Shown here: piece by piece, positions 20,316 to 29,326 of the stretch | Layout of the letters: every line of letters starts with the position of its first letter | Numbering within the stretch: position 1 is the first letter of the stretch | Notes under the pieces: generated by a model | Databases searched by the model: none | What the model saw: the letters and a program-made list of their open reading frames with translations, nothing else | Told to the model about the DNA's origin: nothing | Position numbers and translations under genes: made by a program | Origin: Clostridia bacterium | GTDB taxonomy: Bacteria > Bacillota > Clostridia > UBA1212 > UBA1255 | Direction: 5' to 3' | Assembly: GCA_045546695.1 (NCBI GenBank) | Contig: JAZQDE010000049.1 | Location: 7,288 to 71,287, forward strand | DNA length: 64,000 nucleotides

Positions 20316-23300
20316 TTAATCTTCCTTAAGACTATGGAGACATGAACCAATACTCGGATCAGGACCATCGGCCAGGATATCCCAATATTGTTCTTGTTTA
20401 CGTCTCATCTCTTTATCTATCTCACGGATAGCATCTTCGAGAGCAACTCTTGCACTCTGTCCCTGCAATACTGTCTGGTTAAGAGCTGTAAGCAAGTACC
20501 TTGATGTGTAGTAGTCACCAAGAGTCTGAGGAGTCTCTTTGATCCAATCCCACTGAGCATTGATAACTTCGAGTTCTTCTGCTGTATAAGGTAATTCCTG
20601 TACAGCATTCTTGTTCGCAGAATTCCATCTGCCGGCAACACCGAATGTAGCTTCGATTTCTCTGCCATATTCTGCCTGGACGTCGTCAGAAGCCCACCAC
20701 TGCATGAATACCCATGAAGCTTCTTTTGTCTTTTCAAAATCAGGTCTTTCGTGATTGTTGATCATAATCGAACATGTAGCAACAGCGTTCATTGATCTGT
20801 CAATTACTACCTCACCTGCTTCGTTGAGTTTAGCCTGTCCGGGAACCGGCTTCATAGCCCATTTACCTTCAAGCTCAGGAGCTGCGTAATTGAGCTGACA
20901 ATAGAAGCCCATATCACCGATACCAATCGGCATCTCACCTGATTTAAATCTCATATAGAAGTTTGCAGCGTAAACGAAATTGTACTGTAAATAGAGGTTA
21001 CAATATTCAATAAATCCATCATAAGCTGCCTGCGTACCAAGAGCAGATGTCATACCATGTTCATCATAGAATGTACCACCGTGCTGGTAGAGGAATGGTG
21101 TGTAGCCACCTACACCATAGTTATAACAGAAATCGTAACCTGAGTTTGTAAGAATCGGAATAATATCATATACGTCTTCCCATGTATCAGGAGCAACGAT
21201 TCCTAATTCTTCAAATATATCAGTTCTGTAGAAAAGTGCTGACCAACCCTGTGTCTCCGGGAAACCATAACAGTGATCCTTGAAGTTGATAGGTTTGAAT
21301 ACTTCTTCATAATATGAAGATGCCTTAAGGTCATCAAATCCGAGGTATGCCTCGCCGTTGAACTCGCCTGATTCAAATGTATCAAGCGGAACAAGCGCAT
21401 CTCTTACAGCGTATTCAAACGGAGTACCTACACCGATTGATATAGCAACATCAGGAGCAGTACCTGCAACATAACGTGGCATGATAAGACCTTCAGAAGC
21501 ACCTGCAACCATGTTGAGGTTTACCTTGATACCATATCTTGAAGTAAAGTCTTCACCAATCATGTTCTCGAGAATTGTAACATACTCTCTGGCACGTGAT
21601 ACATATACGGTAATCTCTGTGTCAGCATCTGATGCGCCTTCTCTCAGACCATAGTTAGAATATTTTTCTGTATCGAATGAATCAAAGAATCTTACAACAC
21701 CAACTTTAAGATTCTGCCAACCTGAGCTGACTGTACCCGGATAATCATATCCATCTGTACAAAGAACCATGTAGTCAGCAGTCATAGGCTGATCTTTGAT
21801 TGATGAAAGTGTCGTACTGAGACCTGAAAGAGCATTGTTGATATCGTTAAGAGATGTAGGAATCTTTTCCAGATCTTCTTCGAACTTTTCAAAGAGCTCC
21901 TCTGCAACCTGAATTGCTGATGCGTAAGACGGTACCTTATTACCATTCAGAGCAAGAATCTCTTTATATGTCTCAGCAAAAAGCTCCTTGTATGTAACAA
22001 CGTCATCCTGGATAGAAGGAATGTACTTCTGCAAATCCCAGTCACGGTTTGCATCAACAATATAGCCACCCGAGCTTGAACGTGTAGAAGCAGTAATCTT
22101 TACGATCTTGTTGATAAGAGTTGAAATTGAATCCATTGACTCTTCAAGTGCTACAAGAGCATGTCTGAGTGGACCAACCTTATTTGTAATAGTAATCGTA
22201 TGTGTGCCTGCTTCAAGATAGAACATGTAAGGATTCTGGTTTGCATCACAAAGAGAAGTAGCAATCCAGCCATCTGAGTATGGGAAGCAATATTCCTTCA
22301 TCTCTTCAAAAGGAATCTCGCCGTCAATCTTAATTTCTCTGTAGCATGCAACATATGTGAGTTGTGACTTGTATCTGAAACCGATCTCGTACCAGCCTGT
22401 CTCAGGAACCTCAAATGACCATTGAGCCATGTCGCCACCTGTATTCCAGTTGTCACCGCCGAAGATATTGTAAAGTGTCACTTTATAAGGAGATGCATTA
22501 ACGTCAGAAGATGTGCAATAGTTGCCATCTGTTTCCATACGTGTACTGATACTTGTGACAAAGTCAGCAACCTCAAGTTCAGTCTTGATGATGCCACCCT
22601 TATAGATAGCGCCTTCGCTGAAGCCGTTTGCTGTCTTGTAATCTTCGTATGAACCAATAACAGGAGGTGCTACAAAGCTGATACCATTGATAACACCGGG
22701 TTCTCTGTCAAATGTCATGGTGACAATATGTGTACCCTCTGTCATATAGAATCTGTAAGGATCCTTATAAAGGCCATCAGGGTTTGTCATAATCTGACTG
22801 TTCTGCTTATAAAGAATCATTGTCTTACCACGGATCTGGTTGCCTACGATATCTTTGTTGTTAGCGTAGTCAGTATCATAGAATGTATATGTACGCTTGA
22901 GTGACAGGTTACTTGCTTCAGCAAAAGGATATTTCTCATCAATTGTCAATGAAACAAGCATGTCAGCATACTTTCCACTCAAAAGATAATAATCGAGGTT
23001 CAATGAATACAATGCCGATTCAGGAATTGTAACCTCGAATGTAATAGTAGTCTTGCCTGTAGAAGCGTACAAGCCATCTTCGATGTCCGTAACGGTAACT
23101 TCTTCGTCCTTGGATGGATCTGTATATTTAAAGCCATCTTTGAACTTATCTACTTGTGAAAACAGCTTTAATGCTTCGGACGCATCATCACCCTCGACAA
23201 CAACAGCGCTGTCGGGATTGCCTGTCTCATAAATAGTAAGATTACCATTAGCGTCAGTTGAGAAATCAAGACTGATATCCTCACCTTCGTAATACTTGTA

Positions 23301-23534
23301 ACCCTTCGTTGCATATTTGCTGAGTACCTTACCGTACTCCAGCAAACTGTTATCAAGTCTGTCTTCGTTAGTTATAAACGGATTGAAATCCATCTCATCA
23401 TAATTCTCATAAGCAAATTGCTGCGCACCGGGTTCTTTGGTGAGAGAATTTACTACGAGGACTGCGATGAGAATAACAAGAAGACCGGCTACGACCGATA
23501 ACTGAATAATTCTCTTCTTCTTCTTTTTATTCAT
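20316..23534 (-). CDS. giant membrane-anchored solute-binding protein: an N-terminal TM anchor, a ~550-aa extension of unknown function and a C-terminal family-1 binding-protein domain
   Basis: The preferred start is MNKKKKKRIIQLSVVAGLLVILIAVLVVNSL at 23534, with GGAAGG 9 nt upstream. The 23591 start adds 19 implausible residues. The C-terminal ~480 aa have the binding-protein pattern (periplasmic-binding fold type II sugar binding proteins). It is the first gene of the operon. Confidence 0.75.
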   Translation of the reverse strand: MNKKKKKRIIQLSVVAGLLVILIAVLVVNSLTKEPGAQQFAYENYDEMDFNPFITNEDRLDNSLLEYGKVLSKYATKGYKYYEGEDISLDFSTDANGNLTIYETGNPDSAVVVEGDDASEALKLFSQVDKFKDGFKYTDPSKDEEVTVTDIEDGLYASTGKTTITFEVTIPESALYSLNLDYYLLSGKYADMLVSLTIDEKYPFAEASNLSLKRTYTFYDTDYANNKDIVGNQIRGKTMILYKQNSQIMTNPDGLYKDPYRFYMTEGTHIVTMTFDREPGVINGISFVAPPVIGSYEDYKTANGFSEGAIYKGGIIKTELEVADFVTSISTRMETDGNYCTSSDVNASPYKVTLYNIFGGDNWNTGGDMAQWSFEVPETGWYEIGFRYKSQLTYVACYREIKIDGEIPFEEMKEYCFPYSDGWIATSLCDANQNPYMFYLEAGTHTITITNKVGPLRHALVALEESMDSISTLINKIVKITASTRSSSGGYIVDANRDWDLQKYIPSIQDDVVTYKELFAETYKEILALNGNKVPSYASAIQVAEELFEKFEEDLEKIPTSLNDINNALSGLSTTLSSIKDQPMTADYMVLCTDGYDYPGTVSSGWQNLKVGVVRFFDSFDTEKYSNYGLREGASDADTEITVYVSRAREYVTILENMIGEDFTSRYGIKVNLNMVAGASEGLIMPRYVAGTAPDVAISIGVGTPFEYAVRDALVPLDTFESGEFNGEAYLGFDDLKASSYYEEVFKPINFKDHCYGFPETQGWSALFYRTDIFEELGIVAPDTWEDVYDIIPILTNSGYDFCYNYGVGGYTPFLYQHGGTFYDEHGMTSALGTQAAYDGFIEYCNLYLQYNFVYAANFYMRFKSGEMPIGIGDMGFYCQLNYAAPELEGKWAMKPVPGQAKLNEAGEVVIDRSMNAVATCSIMINNHERPDFEKTKEASWVFMQWWASDDVQAEYGREIEATFGVAGRWNSANKNAVQELPYTAEELEVINAQWDWIKETPQTLGDYYTSRYLLTALNQTVLQGQSARVALEDAIREIDKEMRRKQEQYWDILADGPDPSIGSCLHSLKED

Positions 23535-23690
23535 ACGCTCAACCTTCCATATTGTAGATTGTGAAACGATTATTAACTCAAAACATAACACAAAATACGC
23601 CCAAGTCAGATTTGGGCAAACTTAACAAAATGATTATATAGATTTTATGCAACAGTGTCAACTGTAACCTTTTTATTTTTTAAGATATTT

Positions 23691-25127
23691 TTATTTTTGG
23701 GAAAGCAAATTTACAATTTCTTTATATTTCCTGCCGCGCTCTTCAAAATTTCTGAAAAGGTCGAAACTGGTGCTTGCAGGAGACAGCAAAACTATGTCTC
23801 CCTCGCCCGCTGCTTCATACGCGCAGGCAACAGCGTCAGGATAATTGTCTTTTTTGATTATAGTGATATTATGACCGGGATTTGCAAGCAAAATAGCATC
23901 CTCGATAGCCTTTGAAGTCGGTCCTACAAGAACAAGAACCTTGACTTTTTCACAGATAGCAGGACCAATCTCATCGTAAGAGATTCCCTTATCTTTGCCA
24001 CCGGCGATCATAATTATTTTCTGATTGAATACTGATAAAGTAGATATCGTACGTTTGGGACTACTGTCTATAGAACTGTTATAGAAGCTGACGCCACTGA
24101 CTTTGCGGACAAATTCAAGGCGATGTTCAACCCCGCGAAAAGCATCGGTTGCCTTAATAATATCGTCTATATCAGCTTCATCCTTGACAGCACACATAGC
24201 AGCAAGGAAATTTTCGACGTTGAAAAAACCGGGAATACGGATATGAGCACGCTCCATTTTCAGGGATTTTTTATCATCCTTATAGCATAAAACAGTGCCA
24301 TTTTCTGTAAGAAGCGCATTTCCGGCAGCAAAATCAGGCACTATATCAGTTTTTGCGGAAAAATAAGATACATTTTCCCTTCTGTCGCCCAGAAGACGGA
24401 CTGACATCTCGTCTGTAGCATTCATAATAATGCGACCTTCCTTATTCTGGAAAGCAAAAATACTTTTTTTTGCAAACGCATACTCGTTATAACTCTTGTG
24501 TACGTCAAGATGGTTCGGGGACAGATTGGTAATAACTGCCACGTCCGTGCTTATTTTCATATCCATAAGCTGGAAGCTGCTGAGCTCCAGTACAATTCTG
24601 TCCTGAGGCTTAATCTGCGGAAGAACGTCAATAAGCGGAATACCGATATTTCCTCCGAGCCAGATCCTGGTATCTGTATCCTCATAATGAGCTGCCAGAA
24701 ATTTACTGATAAGCGTTGTTGTAGTGGTCTTGCCGTCGCTACCTGTGACACCGTATGTTTTGCAAGGAGCGAGCTGTAGCACAGTCTCTACTTCTGATGT
24801 CAGAATAGCACCTTTTGCTACACACTGAGCTATCTCTGGTGTGTCAAAACGGACAATCGGAGAACGGAAAATAATGTCATATCCGCCTTCAACCATGTGG
24901 TTAAGGTAACCTTCCCCATAATAATAATCACGCACACTGCCGGCAGATACCAGCTTTTCACAGGAATCGATAAATCCCTGAGCCGTTGTCTTGTCAAAAA
25001 TACTTATATTGTACGCTCCACAATCATTCAAAAAGCGTATTAAAGCTTGATTGCTGATACCGAGACCGATAACAGCAATCTTTTTATTACATATAAATTC
25101 TTTGTATTCTGACAGGTTTGTGATCAT
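23691..25127 (-). CDS. murD: UDP-N-acetylmuramoyl-L-alanine--D-glutamate ligase
   Basis: MITNLSEYKEFICNKKIAVIGLGISNQALIRFL shows the Rossmann N-terminus. The Mur ligase ATP site is GVTGSDGKTTTTTL. The 24 codons upstream of the MITN start are an ORF extension. Confidence 0.85.
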   Translation of the reverse strand: MITNLSEYKEFICNKKIAVIGLGISNQALIRFLNDCGAYNISIFDKTTAQGFIDSCEKLVSAGSVRDYYYGEGYLNHMVEGGYDIIFRSPIVRFDTPEIAQCVAKGAILTSEVETVLQLAPCKTYGVTGSDGKTTTTTLISKFLAAHYEDTDTRIWLGGNIGIPLIDVLPQIKPQDRIVLELSSFQLMDMKISTDVAVITNLSPNHLDVHKSYNEYAFAKKSIFAFQNKEGRIIMNATDEMSVRLLGDRRENVSYFSAKTDIVPDFAAGNALLTENGTVLCYKDDKKSLKMERAHIRIPGFFNVENFLAAMCAVKDEADIDDIIKATDAFRGVEHRLEFVRKVSGVSFYNSSIDSSPKRTISTLSVFNQKIIMIAGGKDKGISYDEIGPAICEKVKVLVLVGPTSKAIEDAILLANPGHNITIIKKDNYPDAVACAYEAAGEGDIVLLSPASTSFDLFRNFEERGRKYKEIVNLLSQK

Positions 25128-25137
25128 TTTGAGTACC

Positions 25138-26493
25138 TTATTCGAAAAATTCGTTATACAGGGCAACGACAGCTGCCTTGGCATCCTTTTCCTCAACACC
25201 GAACATGATGCTGACTTCAGAAGAGCCCTGGTTAATCATTTTGATGTTGATGTCTGAGCGTGAAAAAGCGGCCGTAGCTCTTGTGGCTACTCCTACGCTC
25301 TTTGTCATACCTCTACCTACCAGCATGACGATTGCCTGATTCTTTTCAACAACAACACTGTCAACAGCCAGAACAGTCTTAATCTCCTCTACCATCTTCT
25401 CAAGAATACCATTTGCGCAATGTTTTTCTCTTACAATAATAGAAATACTGTCCATTCCTGAAGGCATATGCTCGAAAGGAACGTTATTTTCTTCCAGAAT
25501 CTGGAGAAGCTTGCGACCAAAACCAATCTCACGGTTCATCATATATTTATGAACGTGAACTGTTATAAATCCCTTGTCTGCAGCTATACCTACAACAGGA
25601 AGTGTCGGCTTCGGAGCTATGCTGCTCGGAACAATCATCGTACCTTTTGCATCAGGATTGTTTGTGTTGCGGATATTTACAGGGATTCCCACTTTATAAA
25701 CGGGAGCAAGTGCCTCTTCGTGGAGCACGCTGAAACCTGCGTAAGAAAGCTCTTGCATCTCTTCGTATGTGAAAAGCGGTATCGGGAACGGATTGTTAAT
25801 GAGATTCGGGTTTGCAGCGTAAACAAAATCTACGTCTGTAAAATTCTCATATACAGATGCTTTGATAGCAGCCGCAAGAATACCACCTGTAACATCTGAG
25901 CCGCCACGTGAAAAAGTAACAACCTCTCCTTTTTCTGAATAACCGAAAAAGCCGGGGAAAATCATGATTGTATCGCGTTTTGCAAGCTCGCTGAGTTTAT
26001 CATAAGATGAAGGCAGTACCTGAGCATTACCAAATTCTTCCGTAAGAATCATGCCGGCATCCTGAGGATTTACATACTCTGCATTTACTCCCCTGCTTTG
26101 CAGGTAGCAAGCAATAAGCTTTGCGTTGTTGTCTTCGCCTGCAGCTTTGAGCAGGTCAACAAATTTGCCATAGTTTTCTGTCTTAGTATTAATGCGAGCT
26201 GTGAGGTCATCTTTGATGAGATTTACAATCTCATTATCAAGACCGAGGCTACGTGAGATACTTGCATATCTTTCTACTATCTCATCAAGGATAGCTTCTG
26301 TATTTTCACCATTGTAGCTTGCTTCTGCAAGAGAAATGAGCATATCTGTTACTTTTTTATCATCACTGTAACGCTTGCCGGGTGCCGAAACAACAACAAG
26401 TCGTCTTTCGTCGTCTGATAAAATAATCTTGCATACTTTTTTTATTTGTTTTGCGTCAGCAAGAGAGCTGCCGCCGAATTTTATAACTTTCAT
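25138..26493 (-). CDS. lysC: aspartate kinase
   Basis: The start MKVIKFGGSSLAD is the amino-acid-kinase signature. The C-terminal region has ACT-domain character. The upstream 9 codons are an extension. Confidence 0.85.
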   Translation of the reverse strand: MKVIKFGGSSLADAKQIKKVCKIILSDDERRLVVVSAPGKRYSDDKKVTDMLISLAEASYNGENTEAILDEIVERYASISRSLGLDNEIVNLIKDDLTARINTKTENYGKFVDLLKAAGEDNNAKLIACYLQSRGVNAEYVNPQDAGMILTEEFGNAQVLPSSYDKLSELAKRDTIMIFPGFFGYSEKGEVVTFSRGGSDVTGGILAAAIKASVYENFTDVDFVYAANPNLINNPFPIPLFTYEEMQELSYAGFSVLHEEALAPVYKVGIPVNIRNTNNPDAKGTMIVPSSIAPKPTLPVVGIAADKGFITVHVHKYMMNREIGFGRKLLQILEENNVPFEHMPSGMDSISIIVREKHCANGILEKMVEEIKTVLAVDSVVVEKNQAIVMLVGRGMTKSVGVATRATAAFSRSDINIKMINQGSSEVSIMFGVEEKDAKAAVVALYNEFFE

Positions 26494-26512
26494 TTTTCTT
26501 ACCACCAAATGC

Positions 26513-27766
26513 TTATTCAATTACTTTTAATTTATATTCTGCTTTAGCGCCTGTGATGTCACAGAAAGCAGCCAGTTTTGTTTCAAAATCAGCAGCTGTG
26601 CATTTATCTGTGATGAATGCCGCAATCTTGTTGTCCGAAAGTGAAGCGCCGAGGAATGATGCATTTTCACCGAAGCATTTTATAACGGCTACCTTGAGCT
26701 CATCGCTTTCGCAGTCGTGATTCTCAACAGAGATACGAACGTAATATTTGTTCTGAGCTTCGCTGTCTTCAATAACAACGGCGTTTGCAGATACAAAGCC
26801 CGGAAGTGCTTGCTTGCATGCGTCTGTGAGTACATCGATGATATCGCCTACTACTGCACTTGCTGTCGGGTGCTTGCCTGCGCCCTGACCATACATAAGT
26901 GTATCACCTGTGTAAGAGCCTTTAACGAGAACAGCATTGTAAACTGAGTTTACAGCCGCGAGCATATTTGTCTTTGGAACGAGCTTTGGCTCTACGCTGA
27001 TTGTAACTCCCTTGTCAGTATTGCGGCTGCCGGCGATAAGCTTGATTGCGTAACCTGCGCCTGCGGCAAATTCGTGGTCATCATAAATAACGTCTCTGAT
27101 ACCCATGCATTTTACGTCTTTGTAATCAACAAACTTGTTGTATGATATTGATGAAAGAATTGCAATCTTGCGGGCTGCATCGAAGCCATCAACGTCAGCA
27201 GACGGATTTGCCTCGGCATAACCTGCTGCCTGTGCATTTTTGAGTGCAACATCAAACGAGAGTCTGTCCTGATACATGCATGTGAGAATATAGTTTGTGG
27301 TACCATTAAGAATACCATTTATTTCATAGATATCGTTTGAAGCAAGGCAGAGATTGAGCGGACGGATAATCGGAATACCGCCACCTGCGCTGGCCTCATA
27401 AAGGAATCTTACGTTATTTTCATCAGCAAGAAGTGTCAGCTCAGTACCAACTGCAGCTACAACTTCTTTGTTTGACGTAACAACGTGGCGTCCTGATTTA
27501 AGAGCGCGTCTGCAGAAGTCAGCTGCAAGGTCAAGACCACCGATAGTCACAACGATAAGCTTAATCTCGTCATCGCCAAACACAACTTCCTTGTCGTTTG
27601 TATAATAAGGCTCGTATTTTGTGCCTGTCATATCCCTGATATCAAGAACGTATTTTAATGAAATATCTTTGTGAAAACGCTCTGAAAGCGCTTTGCTCTT
27701 GTCGATTAATATATCAGCAACGCCTGAACCTACAACGCCGCCTCCTAAAATAGCTATTTTGAACAA
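26513..27766 (-). CDS. hom: homoserine dehydrogenase
   Basis: 417 aa. N-terminal NAD-binding motif IAILGGGVVGSGV. The catalytic region is NGTTNYIL and a C-terminal ACT domain follows. Confidence 0.85.
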   Translation of the reverse strand: MFKIAILGGGVVGSGVADILIDKSKALSERFHKDISLKYVLDIRDMTGTKYEPYYTNDKEVVFGDDEIKLIVVTIGGLDLAADFCRRALKSGRHVVTSNKEVVAAVGTELTLLADENNVRFLYEASAGGGIPIIRPLNLCLASNDIYEINGILNGTTNYILTCMYQDRLSFDVALKNAQAAGYAEANPSADVDGFDAARKIAILSSISYNKFVDYKDVKCMGIRDVIYDDHEFAAGAGYAIKLIAGSRNTDKGVTISVEPKLVPKTNMLAAVNSVYNAVLVKGSYTGDTLMYGQGAGKHPTASAVVGDIIDVLTDACKQALPGFVSANAVVIEDSEAQNKYYVRISVENHDCESDELKVAVIKCFGENASFLGASLSDNKIAAFITDKCTAADFETKLAAFCDITGAKAEYKLKVIE

Positions 27767-29244
27767 AACTCATCTACCTCTTTCATCATGTCATTTTTGC
27801 TGCATACCTTATCATGCAGAATCTTTTTTTTATCAAGGTCTTTAAGCGGCCACGGTATCGGACTGCCTGTTTTTGTTGATAAATACTCAAGAATTTCAAA
27901 TTCATTCATTGCCGCCGTGTCTTTTTCACCAAAGATGCTGTCTGAAACAGTCTTGTTGAACTTGAACGGACTTGCAGTGGATACTGTAACTGTCTTTGTG
28001 GTATCTCCTGTTGAGATAACATATTTGTCGTAAACGTCAAAGCCAACACTTGTGTGAGGATCAATCAGATAACCATATCTGTCATAAACTGATTTGATGG
28101 TCCTGATGCAGTCATCCTCTGTAGCATATGAAGACCAGAAATGTGCTCCGATATTGTCCATTGTGCTCTTGTCTGCAGTATACACGCCATCTCTTTTGAG
28201 CGCAGTCATCATATCTGTTACTGCCTGGCTGTCGCTACCTGTCATATCAAAGAGCAGACGCTCCAGATTAGATGATATGAGAATATCCATTGCAGGTGAA
28301 ATAGTTTCCATAAACTTTCTGTTAGCGTCGTACTTGCCTGTATTGATAAAGTCGGAAACTACGTTGTTGTCATTCGTAGCGCAGATAATTCTATTAATCG
28401 GCAGACCGCATTTTTTTGCATAATAGCAAGCAAGAATATTACCAAAATTACCTGTCGGCACTGTGAAATTAATCTTTGTACCGAAGGATATCGCGCCTTT
28501 TTTACACATAAGGAAGTATGCGTAAAAATAATATACAACCTGAGGAAGAAGTCTTCCTATATTAATAGAGTTTGCAGAAGACAAGCTATAGCCTCTTTGC
28601 TGCATTGCCTGTGAAAATTCGTAATTTGCAAAGATGTTCTTGACACCTGTCTGTGCGTCGTCGAAGTTACCTTCTACAGCAACAACCTTAAGGTTTGCAC
28701 CCTCTTGTGTAATCATCTGCTGTCTTTGCATCTGGCTGACGCCATGTGCAGGATAGAATACCATGAGCTTTATGCCGGGTACGTCTTTAAAGCCCTTGAG
28801 TGCAGCGCTGCCTGTATCTCCTGAAGTCGCAGTGAGAATCGCAATCTTGTCATGTCTGTTGCTCTTTGTGAGTGCAACTGACATAAACTCCGGCAGAATC
28901 TGCAGAGCCATGTCCTTAAATGCGGCTGTCGGACCATGCCACAGCTCAAGCACATTAAGATATCCGTTTACAGAAGTAAGCTTAACGTCCAAACCTGTGT
29001 ACGCGTTATCAACGCATCTTCTAATCTCTTCTTTTGTGAAATCTGTCGCATAGCGGCTGAAAATCTCGCAAGCCAGACTCTTGTAATCCATTGTAGAGAG
29101 TTCAGATAGCTGAAATGAATCGTACACGTAAAAATCATCCGGAATAAAAAGACCGCCATCAGGTGCAATACCTCTTAGTACTGCGTCTGAAAAGCTATAT
29201 CCTTTGCTCATTCCCCTCGTGCTACCGAATGTCATATTAATCAC
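27754..29244 (-). CDS. thrC: threonine synthase (long form)
   Basis: 496 aa. The PLP-lysine region is AFKDMALQ. It has the overall fold-type II pattern. It overlaps the hom start. Confidence 0.85.
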   Translation of the reverse strand: MINMTFGSTRGMSKGYSFSDAVLRGIAPDGGLFIPDDFYVYDSFQLSELSTMDYKSLACEIFSRYATDFTKEEIRRCVDNAYTGLDVKLTSVNGYLNVLELWHGPTAAFKDMALQILPEFMSVALTKSNRHDKIAILTATSGDTGSAALKGFKDVPGIKLMVFYPAHGVSQMQRQQMITQEGANLKVVAVEGNFDDAQTGVKNIFANYEFSQAMQQRGYSLSSANSINIGRLLPQVVYYFYAYFLMCKKGAISFGTKINFTVPTGNFGNILACYYAKKCGLPINRIICATNDNNVVSDFINTGKYDANRKFMETISPAMDILISSNLERLLFDMTGSDSQAVTDMMTALKRDGVYTADKSTMDNIGAHFWSSYATEDDCIRTIKSVYDRYGYLIDPHTSVGFDVYDKYVISTGDTTKTVTVSTASPFKFNKTVSDSIFGEKDTAAMNEFEILEYLSTKTGSPIPWPLKDLDKKKILHDKVCSKNDMMKEVDEFCSK

Positions 29245-29326
29245 CTATTAAAGTATTTAATCATTAAAATAGTATAACAAACACATATAATACTGTTTGC
29301 ATGGTGAAAAGTCAAGAAATAAGATG

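Noticed and set aside
25128-25199. Long 5' extensions of ORFs: murD (MLRKRMPRQ...), hydC (MNYLNRRLH), nfnB (52 extra codons) and the giant binding protein (MLCFELII...)
   Set aside because: The extensions overlap upstream genes or lack an RBS. Downstream ATGs are preceded by AGGAGG-type sites and begin with canonical family N-termini.
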